From Ilumatobacteraceae bacterium (GTDB taxonomy: Bacteria; Actinomycetota; Acidimicrobiia; Acidimicrobiales; Ilumatobacteraceae): a stretch of 64,000 nt of DNA. Positions 47,488 to 58,269 of this stretch are shown here, in pieces. Numbering within the stretch: position 1 is the first letter of the stretch; each line of letters starts with the position of its first letter. The notes below the pieces were generated by a model, which did not search any database, was not told where the DNA came from, and was given only the letters and a program-made list of their open reading frames with translations. A program made the translations under genes and the position numbers. Where the stretch lies: NCBI GenBank assembly GCA_963776935.1, contig CAVZOP010000007.1, positions 8,788 to 72,787 on the forward strand, written 5' to 3'.

Positions 47488-48273
47488 ATGGCCGACAGCT
47501 TCTTCACGAGCGATGACGATTGGTTCTCACCGACCGACCATTGCCGCGGCCCGTGGGACCCCGACTCGTGCCACGCCGGCCCGCCGAGCGGGCTGATCGC
47601 CCGCGCCACGGAACGACTGGTGCCCGACCAACGCCTGGTCCGTCTGACGGTCGATCTGACCCGTCCGATCCCGTTCGCCGGGTTCCGGGTCGAAGGGGTC
47701 ATCGTGCGTGCCGGCCGCACGGTGTCGACGACGGCGCTCACGCTGGTCGACCGCAAGGGCAAAGCGATCGTCACGGCACGGGCGCTGCACGTCCGTGAAC
47801 AATCGCCGGTCGAGCTGCCGACCACCGCGTGGAACCCACCCGAGCTCGCCAAGTCCGGCGCCGGGCTGTTCCCGATCCGCGAGAGCCGCCACCCGCTGCC
47901 GAACTTCACCGGTGACGGCGTGGCCGTGCGATACCCGCCCGGCAACGGCATCGCTGGTGGACCGACGACTGCCTGGATGCGCACCGTTCCATTGCTCGAC
48001 GACGAGAACCCCTCACCGTTCCAACGCATCTGCCCGCTCGCCGACTGCGGCAACGCCTTCTCCCGCAACGGCGAACCGTGGGACTACACGTTCGTGAATC
48101 CCGACCTCACCATCGTGCTCCACCGCGATCCGATCGGCGAATGGCTCGGCGCCTCGTCGGTGTCGCGATGGGAGCCGTCGGGGATCGGCATGTCGGACTC
48201 GCTGCTGTTCGACGAGCACGGCCCGGTCGGTCGAGCGGTGCAGACGCTCGTGATCACACCCGTCGTCCGCTGA
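47488..48273 (+). CDS. Thioesterase-family protein (acyl-CoA thioesterase, double hot-dog-like)
   Basis: MADSFFTSDDDWFSPTDHCRGPWDPDSCHAGPPSGL.. and ..CPLADCGNAF.. resemble the PF13622/PF20789-type thioesterase-like family. Confidence 0.6.
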   Translation: MADSFFTSDDDWFSPTDHCRGPWDPDSCHAGPPSGLIARATERLVPDQRLVRLTVDLTRPIPFAGFRVEGVIVRAGRTVSTTALTLVDRKGKAIVTARALHVREQSPVELPTTAWNPPELAKSGAGLFPIRESRHPLPNFTGDGVAVRYPPGNGIAGGPTTAWMRTVPLLDDENPSPFQRICPLADCGNAFSRNGEPWDYTFVNPDLTIVLHRDPIGEWLGASSVSRWEPSGIGMSDSLLFDEHGPVGRAVQTLVITPVVR

Positions 48274-48288
48274 CCCGAGGCACCGGAG

Positions 48289-48678
48289 GTGTCGATGCCC
48301 GATCTCGAGAGCAACAAGCGCACCGTGATCGAGTTCTTCGATCTGGCGTTCAACCAGAAGCGCCTCGACGAGGCGTTCGACCGATGCGTCGGCCCGACCT
48401 ACCGGCAACACAACCCCGAGGTCGCCGACGGCCGTGACGGTCTCGCGGCGTTCGTGCGTCAGCTGACGACGGACTTCCCGGACTTCACCGTCAGCATCCA
48501 GCGAGTGATCGCCGAGGGCGATCTGGTCGCCGCCCACGTGTTCGCCAAGCGAACCTCCGACGATCGCGGAGCGGTGTCGATGGACATGTTCCGCCTCGAG
48601 GACGGCAAGCTGGTCGAGCACTGGGACGTGATCCAGGAGATCCCCGAGACCGCGGCCAACGACAACGGGATGCTCTAG
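48289..48678 (+). CDS. SnoaL-like / NTF2-fold protein (ester cyclase-like)
   Basis: 129 aa: ..NKRTVIEFFDLAFNQKRLDEAF..YRQHNP..DGKLVEHWDVIQ... Confidence 0.7.
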   Translation: MSMPDLESNKRTVIEFFDLAFNQKRLDEAFDRCVGPTYRQHNPEVADGRDGLAAFVRQLTTDFPDFTVSIQRVIAEGDLVAAHVFAKRTSDDRGAVSMDMFRLEDGKLVEHWDVIQEIPETAANDNGML

Positions 48679-48696
48679 ACAGCCGAACCGGCACCC

Positions 48697-50920
48697 TCAG
48701 ACTCCGACGAGCTCGCGATCGTCGTCGTCGTCCAACTCGCGGGCATCGTCGGGGACGACGACCTCGAGCGCTTCCATCACCGAAGCACCCTCGACGTCGA
48801 TGTGCGGCAATGCCCGATCGAGCCACCGCGGCAACCACCAGTTGGCGTCGCCCATCAGCGCCATCGTCGACGGCACCAGCACCATCCGCACGATCGTTGC
48901 GTCGACGAACACCGCGACCGTCAGTCCGACGGCGAACATCTTGACCTCGACGTCGGACGACAGCAGGAACGCCGCGAACACACTGATCATGATGAGCGCC
49001 GCCGACGTGATCACCCTCGCCGTCGCCGCCAGGCCGTCGACGACGCTCTGGTGGCTGTCGCCGGTGCGCACGAACTCCTCACGCACCCGGCTGAGCAGGA
49101 ACACCTCGTAGTCCATCGACAGCCCGAACAGGATGGCGAACATGATCATCGGCAGGAACGGACTCACGGGCACGGTCTCCTCGACGCCGATCAGGCCGTT
49201 GCCCCATCCCCACTGGAAGACTGCGACGACCACGCCGTAGGCGGCGCCGATCGACAGCAGGTTCATGATCGCCGCCTTGAACGGCACGAACACCGACCGG
49301 AACACGAGCATCAGCAGCAGGAACGACACACCGACGACGGCGGCGATGAAGATCGGCAGCCGCGAGTCCGAGCTTCTCGCTGATGTCGATGTAGCTCGCG
49401 GTCTGACCGGTGACGTAGGCGTCGACGCCGGAATCCGTCAGCGACTCGGGGAGCACGTCGTCACGCAGTGTGTGAACCAGTGCCTCGGTCTCCTGCTCCT
49501 GCGGCGACGTCGCCGGGAAGGCGGTCACGACCGCCGTGTCGGACTCGGCGTTGAACACCGGATCGGTGACGAACACGATCCCTTCCGTCGCCGCGACCGA
49601 GGCACGGACCTCCTCGGCGACGGACTGGTCGACGTCACCACCGTCGACGCCCTCGAGGGCGATCGTCAGCGGGCCGTTGAAGCCGGGCCCGAACCCGTCG
49701 GCCAACAGGTCGTACGCCTTGCGGTACGTCTTGTCGGTTGCCGCCGTGCCGTCGTCCGCCATGCCGGTCCGCATCGCCAGCACCGGAGCGGCGATGGCGG
49801 TCAGCACGACGAAGCTGCCGATCGCGTAGCGCCATGGATGACGGCCGACGTGGTCGGCCCAGCGACCCGACAGCGTGGTGTGGGCGGCAACCTCCGCCGC
49901 CGAGCGCCGGCGACCGATGTGCAGCCGATCGATCTTCGAGCCGGCCAGTCCCAAGAAGGCGGGGAGCAGCGTGACGGCGCCGAGCATGGCGACGAGCACG
50001 GTGACGGCCGACGCGTATCCCATGACGGCGATCGAGGGGATCCCGGCGAGCGTCAGGCCGGCCAGTGCGACCACGACGGTCGTGCCGGCGAACAACACGG
50101 CGGTTCCCGACGTTGCGTTGGCGAGCGCCGCCGACTCGACGGGCGAGCGGCCCTCGTGCATGAAGCCCCGGTGACGGGTGACGACGAAGAGTGCGTAGTC
50201 GATGCCGACGCCGAGTCCGATCATCGTGGCGAGCATCGGCGAGATCGACGGCACGTCGGTGAAGCCCGACATCACTCCGACCAAGCCCAGCCCGATGAAG
50301 ATGCCGAACAGCGCCGAACCGATCGGGATGCCTGCCGCGATCACCGAACCGAATGCCACGAGGAGCACGATGATGGCGACCGCCAGGCCGACCATCTCGC
50401 CGCCCTCGACCTCTTCGGACCCGCTGACGATCGAGCGTGACAACTCGGCCTGCAGACCGGCGTCGCGTGCGATCTCGACGGCCGCTTCGGCTGCCTCGCC
50501 TTCCTCCGGGCCGGGCGGATCGACGCTGTAGCGAACCGTCGCGTAGGCGATCCGCCCGTCGGCGCTGACCGACGCGTTCGCCGGGTCGTAGGGATCGGTC
50601 ACGGCGAGCACGTTGGGGCCGGACGCGATCTCGCCGAGCGTCTCGGCGATCGCCGCCCGAGCAGTCGGATCGGTGATGTCACCGTCCGGATCGGCGAACA
50701 CGATCTGACCACTCACGCCACCCTGGGTCGGGAAGCGCTCCTCGAGCAGGTCGATGCCGCGCTGGGCCTCGGTGCCGGGGATCGTGAAGTCGTCACTGGT
50801 CTCGCCGCCGACGGAAGCGTTGAGACCGACGACCGCGACCGCGATCACGATCCACGCCCCGATCATCCGCCATGGGTGCAGTGCGGCAACCCGCCCCCAC
50901 CGGTACAGGATCTTGGACAT
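48697..50920 (-). pseudogene. MMPL-family (RND superfamily) transporter, frame break at ~49340-49380 as sequenced
   Basis: A GAGGAG RBS precedes MSKILYRWGRVAALHPWRMIGAWIV.. at 50920. There are two 6-TM bundles. The second bundle (..SFLLLMLVFRSVFVPFKAAIMNLLSIGAAYG..) is in the track frame 48697-49329. Confidence 0.8.
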
Positions 50921-51106
50921 TTGGATGCTCCTCAATGAGTAGAGGTGAGTGGACGTCAGCGCCGCACGGAACGCGGCTCACCCGACGATCGAACGGGACC
51001 ACGCTGACGTGCGCCCGACCTCGCGCTGACACGCCCGCTGACGGGCCGCTGATGCGGCATCCTCCCTGGTCAGAGCGGTGCGATCACCGCATCGACGAGG
51101 TCGTCG

Positions 51107-54100
51107 TCAGAGCAGTGCGAGCACCTCGTCGACCAGTTCCTGGACATCGCGCCCGGCACCGATCGCGAACTCGGCGTCGAATGCCTCATCGCCCAGCGAT
51201 CGGCGGCCGCGCCGCTCGGCGCGGTCGACGTCGAACCGCTCCGCGGGCGGCATCGGCCCGCCCGATCGGCGCCGGAGCGCATCGCCGGCACCGAGCAGGC
51301 CGCGCGCCAGCTGCGTGGAGGCTCGGGTCGGGCGCGATCACGAGTGCACCGGCCATCCCTTCCAGCGAGTTGGCGACGACACGAGGGGCGGCGTGGGCGA
51401 GTGCGACCTCGAGGCCGTGTCGCTGGTGGGCCAGGGCCTGCTCGTAGTCACGCACGAGGTCGGCTGTGTAGCCACGCCCGACGAGCACGAGTGCCTGCGT
51501 GACGGGAACCTCGCGGGTGCGCGAGACCGACCATGCCTGTTCGATCCAGCGCTGCGCCTGCTCGGGACGCTGCGTGCGGCGGGCGATCGAGGACAGTCCC
51601 GTGTACGACATCGTGCGCAACCACGGGACGGATTCGTCGGCGACCTCACTGAGCAGATCGAGGTGCATCTGCTCGGCTCGTTCGGTGTTGCCGCGGAGCG
51701 TCTCGACGTTGGCCAACCGCACCCGCATCGCGAGCAGCTTGACCGAGAACCCGACCCGCTCGCTCAGCTCGATCCCACGACGGAGCATCTCGAGGGCGGC
51801 GTCGTAGTCGCCGTACATCTCGACGATCTCGGACGCCTCGGTGAGAGCGATCGCCAACGAGAACTCGTCGCCGACCTCCTCGAACAGGCGGACCGCCTCC
51901 CACAACGCCGCCTCACTGAGATGCGGCTCACTCTGGTACTGCCCGACCACCCCGCGCACCAGCGCCATGATTGCCGCCGTCCAACCGTCGGCCGATCGCC
52001 GGGTGGCGTCCTCGGCGATGGCCATCGCCTCCGGCACCTCGTCCATCCGCCCACCGAACAGCAACGCCATGATCCGGGTGACGGCGACGAACGACTCCAC
52101 CCATGGATCATCCGTTCCCGCCACCAGCCGCATGGCCTCGGCGCTGGCGTCGATCGCGACAGCGAGGTTGGTCCCGTTGGCGCTGAGCCAACCGAAGTGG
52201 GCGAGCACGATCGCCCGCAGATCGGGTTCGACGGGGCCGGGGCAGCTGAGCGCGTCCTCCAACGCCAACGTGCCGAGATCGGCCTGACCGATCATGTAGA
52301 AGTACCAACCGACAGGCGCGGTGAGGCGGAGGGCGAGGTTGGCGTCACCCCGCGCCACCGCAACCTCGAGCGCGACCCGGAGGTTCTCGCGTTCGGCGTT
52401 GATCGTCGCGATCCACGTGCGCTGCTCCGGCCCGAGCAGCCCGCGCAGCGCCGGTTCGAGGAGGTCGGCGATGTATTGGGCGTGAATGTCGCAGACGCGC
52501 TCGATCTCACCGGACTCTCGGAGGCGCTCCGCCCCGTACTCGGCGAGCGTCTCCAACATCGAGTAACGGGCCCGACCGGACGACCGGTCGACCATCACCA
52601 ACGACTTGTCGATGAGACGCTCGACGATCGCCCCCACCTCGTCGACCAGCACGATGTCGTCGTCGCTGCACACGACCTCGGCGGCGTCGAGCGTGGCTCC
52701 CCCTGCGAACGCGGTCAGGCGGCGGAACACCGTGCGCTCGCGTTCGTCGAGCAGGTCGTGACTCCAGTCGACGACCGCCCGCAGCGTCTGCTGCCGGGGA
52801 TCCACCGTGCGCGGACCGGATGCGAGCACGGTGAACCGGTCGTCGAGCCGAGCCAGCAACTCGGTCACCTGCATCGACCGGATGCGTGCGGCCGCCAACT
52901 CGATCGCCAATGGGAGCCCGTCGACACGCGCGCAGATCTCGGCGACGACCGCCTCGTCGAGGTCGGCGTCGTCGAGGTCGGGCGCGGCGAACGCGGGCCC
53001 GCTCGACGAACAGCCGGGCCGCGGCATCGGCGGGGAGTGGCGGCAGCGGACGGACGGTCTCGCCGGGCACTCCGAGCGCCTCCCGGCTCGTCGCCAGCAC
53101 GACCAGGTCGGGGCACGACTCGAGCAGTTCGTAGACGGCCTTCGCTGCGGCGTCCACGACGTGCTCACAGTTGTCGAGCACCAGCAGGTGGGGCGCGCCG
53201 GCGATCGCATCGATGACACGATCGAGCGTCGACAGCCCGGCCGCGGCAGCGGGTGTGTCGCCCGCCGAGATCCCGAGCTCGGACGCGATCGCCGGGATCA
53301 CCGAGTCGGGATCGGTCAACGGAGCGAACTCGACGAACGTCACCGAACGGGTGCTGGCGCGCCGGGCGAGCTCGGTCGCGATCGTCGTCTTGCCGGCCCC
53401 GCCGGGCCCGAGCAACGTCACCAACCGGGCGCTGGTGAGCTCCTCACCGAGGTCGGCGAGCACGTCGTCGCGGCCGATGATCGACGTCAGGCGGTTCGGG
53501 ATGCGGCCGATCCGCCGGTCGTGGTGGCGCGGCGCTTCGCTCGAGCGCGTCCCGGCCGGCCGCAGCGTCGGATCCTGGGCGAGGATTCGCTGCTCGAGCT
53601 CGCGCAGCTCGGGACCCGGTTCGAGCCCGAGCTCCTCGCCGAGCACGCTGCGAGCGGTCTGGAACGTGCGCAGTGCCTCGCCTTGGCGACCCTGGCGATA
53701 CTGGGCCGTCATGAGCAGCGCCCACCAGTGCTCGTCGACCGGTTCGGTGACGACGAGCGCCTCGAGCTCGGCGCACGCCGCGTCGACGTGCTCGTCGGAG
53801 TGCAGCTCGAGCTCGAGCCGCCGCACCCGCGCCGAGCGTGTCACCCGCTCCAGGCGAACGCTCTCGGCGCGGCCGAGCTCGGTGTCGGCGATGTCGTCGT
53901 AGGGACGGCCACGCACCAGCGATTCCGCGGCACGCAGCAGGCACCTCGCTTCGGCGGGGTCGTCGTCCACGTAGGCGGCCGATCGGGCGAGGAGCTCCTC
54001 GAATCGCCGGACGTCGATGGCGTCCTGGGCCACGGCGAGCGTGTAGCCCCGATCGTCGGACCTGATCTTCGCCGGCGAGATGTCACGTCGGAGCCTCGAC

Positions 54101-54294
54101 ATCTGGGCCTGGATCGCGTTCGCCGAGGGCGGACGACCGGGCCACAGCACCTCGGCCAGTCGATCCGCTGACACGGGGTCGGGTACGGCCGCGACCAGCG
54201 CCGCCAACAGGCGACGCTTCTGGATGCCGCGCGGCGTCACGTCGATGCCGTCGCCGTCGCGGACGACAAGTGGACCCATCACTTCGAACCGCAC
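51107..54294 (-). pseudogene. Large SARP/AfsR-family regulator (winged-helix + BTAD + NB-ARC ATPase + TPR), at least two frame breaks (~53000, ~51330) as sequenced
   Basis: Recognisable parts, in order:
- MRFEVMGPLVVRDGDG.. (OmpR/SARP DNA-binding domain)
- ..WWALLMTAQYRQGRQGEALRTFQTARSVLGEELGLEPGPELRELEQRIL.. (BTAD)
- Walker A ..LLGPGGAGKTT..
- ..VDGLPLAIELAAAR..
- a long TPR-like tail
The true C-terminus ..LLGAGDALRRRSGGPMPPAERFDVDRAE..VDEVLALL* is in a third frame. Confidence 0.8.
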
Positions 54295-54392
54295 CGCTCA
54301 AAGACACTACGAGAGCGAACCTGCTTCATCGCCGACCGTGACCGGTGGCATATCTGATCCCCGACGGCGAAGCGGCTGACGCCGCCGCGGGT

Positions 54393-55835
54393 TCACGCCA
54401 GCTTCTCGACGAAGCCTTCCAGTTGGCGCAGGTTGCGGCACTCGTACACACCGTCGGTGTGGGTGCCGTACTCGCCGACGATCGAATCGCCGGTGTTCCA
54501 GTACGACCGCGGCTCGGGGTTGAGCCAGTACACGTGGCGCGCCTTGTGGCGCATCTCCTTGACGACCCACGACTGGCTGGCGTGGTAGTTGTTGCGGGCG
54601 TCTCCGAGCAGCAGCACGGTGGTCTTGGGACCGACGTCCTTGCCGTAGCGCTCCCAGAACACTTCGAACGCGTGCCCGTAGTCGCTGTGGCCGTCGACCC
54701 ACACGACGTCGGCCTCGGTGTTGACGCGATGGATCGCTTCGGTGATGTCCTCGGTGGCCTTGAAGTAGTCGGTGACCTCGTCGATGCCGTCGATGAACAC
54801 GAACGAGCGGACCTTCGAGAACTGGTTCTGGATCGCGTACACGAGCATCAGCGTGAAGCGGGCGAAGGCGGCGACCGAGCCCGAGATGTCGGCGACGACC
54901 ATCAGCTCCGGCTTGGCCGGGCGCGGGTACTTGAACTTCGGTTCGGCCGGCACGCCGCCGTAGCTCAGCGAGTGGCGCACGGTGTTGCGGAAGTCGAGCG
55001 GTCCCTTGCGCCCGTGGCGGCGCTTGCGGGTGAGGCGGGCGGCGAGCTTGCGGGTCAGCGGGTACAGCGCCTTCTTCAGCGACTGCATCTCGTCGCGCGA
55101 GGCGTGCATGAACTCGACGTCCTCTGGCAGCGGCTTGCGCAGCGTCTTGGCCATCGCCTCGGCGCCGCGGTCGGCGACCAGCCGGCGCCTGATCTCGGCT
55201 TCGACCTCGGCCTTGAACTTCTCGATCCGGTCCTGGTACTCCTCTTTCTCGAGCCGCTCCTCGAGCGACGTCAGCTCGCCGCCGACCTGTTCCTTGGTGG
55301 CCTCCATCAGCTTCTCGAGCATGCCGTCGAGGTCGAGGTTGCGCAGCGTGCGGTACAGGTAATAGGTGCCGCCGACGGGCCGTCCCGGCTCCATCCCGGC
55401 GAAGCGCTGCACGGCCTGGCGGGCCATCGCCCGCATCATCGCCTGGTCGCCGTTGAGCAGCGCCTGCATCAACAGCTGGGCGATCTCCTCGGGGGTGAGG
55501 TTGTCCATCGCCCCGCCACCGTCGGCGCCGCGCCCCTCGCCCTGGCGCATCTGGTCCTGCATCTCGCGCCACATCTCGTCGAGGTCGGTCTCCTCGCCGT
55601 CGAGCAGCCGGTACTCGGGACCGCGCAGGCTGAAGTACACCTCGAACACCGTCTCGAACGCCCGCCAGTGGGCGTTGTTCTTGACGAGCGTGGCGCCGAG
55701 CGCGTACTTGAACGCCTCCCGGTCGTCGATCGGGATGTGCTGCACCGCCTCCATCGCGTCGAGGTTCTCGGTGAGGCTGACGGGGAGCCCCGCGTTGCGG
55801 AGCTCACCGACGAACCCGTTCAGCAGGTCGAGCAT
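54393..55835 (-). CDS. VWA domain-containing CoxE-like protein
   Basis: The N-terminus MLDLLNGFVGELRNAGLPVSLTENLDAMEAV.. is typical of the CoxE family. The C-terminal VWA domain carries the MIDAS-like motif ..VVADISGSV... Confidence 0.8.
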   Translation of the reverse strand: MLDLLNGFVGELRNAGLPVSLTENLDAMEAVQHIPIDDREAFKYALGATLVKNNAHWRAFETVFEVYFSLRGPEYRLLDGEETDLDEMWREMQDQMRQGEGRGADGGGAMDNLTPEEIAQLLMQALLNGDQAMMRAMARQAVQRFAGMEPGRPVGGTYYLYRTLRNLDLDGMLEKLMEATKEQVGGELTSLEERLEKEEYQDRIEKFKAEVEAEIRRRLVADRGAEAMAKTLRKPLPEDVEFMHASRDEMQSLKKALYPLTRKLAARLTRKRRHGRKGPLDFRNTVRHSLSYGGVPAEPKFKYPRPAKPELMVVADISGSVAAFARFTLMLVYAIQNQFSKVRSFVFIDGIDEVTDYFKATEDITEAIHRVNTEADVVWVDGHSDYGHAFEVFWERYGKDVGPKTTVLLLGDARNNYHASQSWVVKEMRHKARHVYWLNPEPRSYWNTGDSIVGEYGTHTDGVYECRNLRQLEGFVEKLA

Positions 55836-55854
55836 GGCGGACGGTGGCGAGCGC

Positions 55855-56724
55855 TCAGGTCTCGACCGACAGCTCTTTCGCCGTCTTGGCGATGTCGGTC
55901 TGGTACTTGAGGAGGATGTGCAGGGTCTCCTTGGCGACCTTCTCGTCGATGGTCTCGATGTTGAGCAGCATCAGCGTGCGCGCCCAGTCGAGGGTCTCCG
56001 ACACGCTCGGTGACTTCTTGAGGTCGAGCTGGCGGATCGAGCGGACGATGCGGGCGATCTGATCGGCGAGGTTCTCGGTGACCCCGGGAACCTTGGTGAG
56101 CACGATCTCCTTCTCACGCTCGAGCGTCGGGTAGTCGACGTGGAGATAGAGGCAGCGCCGCTTCAACGCCTCCGACAGCTCGCGGGTGTTGTTCGACGTC
56201 AGGAACACGAGCGGGATCTGCTTGGCGACGATCGTGCCCAGCTCGGGGATCGACACCTGGTAGTCGGAAAGGATCTCGAGCAGCAGCGCCTCGGTCTCGA
56301 CCTCGACCCGGTCGACCTCGTCGATCAGCAGCACGACGGGATCGTCGGCGCTGATCGCCTCGAGCAACGGGCGGGTGAGGAGGAACTCGTCGGAGAAGAT
56401 GTCGTCGTGGACCTCGCTCCACGAGTCGGAGTCCTTGTCGGCCTGGATCCGCAGCAGCTGCTTCTTGTAGTTCCACTCGTACAGCGCTTTGGACTCGTCG
56501 AGCCCCTCGTAGCACTGCAGGCGGATCAGCCGGGCGCCCGTCATCTCCGCCGCCGACTTGGCGAGCTGCGTCTTGCCGGTACCAGCAGGACCCTCGACGA
56601 GCACCGGCTTGCCGAGACGGTCGGCGAGGAACACCACACCTGCGATCCCGTCGTCGGCCAGGTAGTGCACATCGCGGAGCCCGTCTCGCACTTGCTGCAC
56701 GCTCTCGAAGCGCTCTGCTGTCAT
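55855..56724 (-). CDS. MoxR-type AAA+ ATPase (CoxD-like)
   Basis: Walker A ..VEGPAGTGKTQLAK.., Walker B ..VLLIDEVDR.., ..FLTSNNTRELSEALKRRCL... It lies directly upstream of the CoxE-like VWA gene. Confidence 0.85.
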   Translation of the reverse strand: MTAERFESVQQVRDGLRDVHYLADDGIAGVVFLADRLGKPVLVEGPAGTGKTQLAKSAAEMTGARLIRLQCYEGLDESKALYEWNYKKQLLRIQADKDSDSWSEVHDDIFSDEFLLTRPLLEAISADDPVVLLIDEVDRVEVETEALLLEILSDYQVSIPELGTIVAKQIPLVFLTSNNTRELSEALKRRCLYLHVDYPTLEREKEIVLTKVPGVTENLADQIARIVRSIRQLDLKKSPSVSETLDWARTLMLLNIETIDEKVAKETLHILLKYQTDIAKTAKELSVET

Positions 56725-56795
56725 GCATCGAACGCTACCGCCCCTCTTGACCAGGGGGTCAATCGGATATGTCTGCCCCAAACTGCCCATCCGCT

Positions 56796-56875
56796 CATCT
56801 GAAGCAGACAGTTCGGAGCAGCCCGCGGAACTGTCTGCTTCAGACGGCCCGCGGGTGCATCTGAAGCAGACAGTA
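56796..56875. repeat. Three alternating-orientation copies of the CATCTGAAGCAGACAG(T/A) motif in a divergent intergenic region
   Basis: The copies are at 56798-56811 (TCTGAAGCAGACAG), 56831-56844 (reverse complement) and 56860-56873 (direct). They are separated by GC-rich spacers containing GCCCGCGG. The same arms occur at 21867-21910. Confidence 0.8.
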
Positions 56876-56888
56876 CGCTTCGGCGGCG

Positions 56889-58263
56889 ATGGCAGGGCCG
56901 CTGGAGAAGCACGTCTCGGCCTTCGTCGATGCCATCGACCACGATCTGACGGCGCTGGCGGGCGAGTCGCACCGCGACGGACTGCCTGCGCGAGGCCTCC
57001 GACCTCGTCGAGCGCGCTGCTCGATGCCGACGGCCGCCTCACCGACGCCGAGCTGCGGGCGTGGGTCGAAGACGTCGGCTCGCTGTTGACGCCGCCGATG
57101 ATCGTGACCCCCCAGCGGCTCCGGGACGGGGAGATGCTGGACGGCATGGTCGCGTGGATCGAACGTCCGAGCACGCTGTTCGACCTGCTCCTGAAGGCCG
57201 ACGCCCGCGACGGCGAACGCCGCGCGCGAACCGCTACTACGACCTGGCGCTCAAGCTCGCCCACGCGACCGCGGCGATCGACCTGATCCCGTCACCGGAC
57301 GAGATCGATGCCATCGATCGCTTCCGCTCCACGTTGCTCACCGCGATGGACGGCGCCGGCGTCGCACGACCCGGCCACCCGAGCGTCACGTCGTCCAAAG
57401 TCCGCACCGCCGGATCCCCGCCCGGCGCCACGGCCGCTGAGCCCGAGCTCCCGCCGGAGCGTCCGTTGGAGGAGTTGCTCGCCGAGCTCGACGAGTTGAT
57501 CGGGCTCGATCACGTGAAGGAGGAGATCCGCCGGTTGACGAGCTTGCTGCGGATCCAGCGGATCCGTGTCGAACGCGATCTCCCGACCGTCGAGACCAGC
57601 CACCACCTCGTCTTCACCGGGAACCCCGGCACCGGCAAGACCACCGTCGCCCGGCTCCTCAGTCAGATCTTCCGCACCCTCGACGTCGTCACCAAGGGAC
57701 ATCTCGTCGAGACCGATCGCTCCGAGCTCGTCGCCGGATACGTCGGCCAGACCGCCGTTCGCACGCGCGCCGTTCTCGAGTCGGCGCTCGGTGGCACGCT
57801 GCTGATCGACGAGGCGTACGCACTCGCGAGGGGTGGCGAGAACGACTTCGGCCTCGAGGCCATCGACACACTCGTCAAGTTCATGGAAGACCATCGCGAC
57901 GACCTGGCCGTGGTCGCCGCCGGATATCCCGAGGAGATGCGCAAGCTGATCGAGGCGAATCCGGGGCTCGAAAGCCGCTTCACACGGACGATCGACTTTC
58001 CCGACTACACCGACGACGAGCTCGTCGCGATCTTCGACTCGATGAGCTCCAAGAAGCGGTACGACCTCGATCCCGATGCGAGGAAGGCGTTGACCGCACT
58101 CGTCGCAGCAGAGCCACGCACCCGCGGTTTCGGCAATGCCCGTTTCGTGCGCAACGTCTTCGAGCAGGCGGTGTCGTTGCAGGCAATGCGCCTCGCCGCC
58201 GTCGAACAACCCACCGACGATGAGCTCACGAAACTCGTCGCGGCCGACATCAGGGGCGTGTAG
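56889..58263 (+). pseudogene. AAA+ ATPase of the CbbX/SpoVK/EccA type with helical N-terminal domain, two frame breaks (~57000, ~57225) as sequenced
   Basis: The N-terminus is spread over three frames (MAGPLEKHVSAFVDAIDHDL.. / ..LLDADGRLTDAELRAWVEDVGSLL.. / ..RYYDLALKLAHATAAIDL..). The ATPase part reads ..HLVFTGNPGTGKTTVARLL.., ..LLIDEAYAL.., ..VVAAGYPEEM..NPGLESRF... Confidence 0.75.
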
Positions 58264-58269
58264 CCGCTG

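Noticed and set aside
56796-56875. CRISPR array candidates (this triple repeat and the tandem repeats at 16059-16306)
   Set aside because: There are only two or three copies. The copies here alternate in orientation, and the tandem repeats lie inside a coding region. Spacers are only 12-19 nt, and no cas genes are present in the window.
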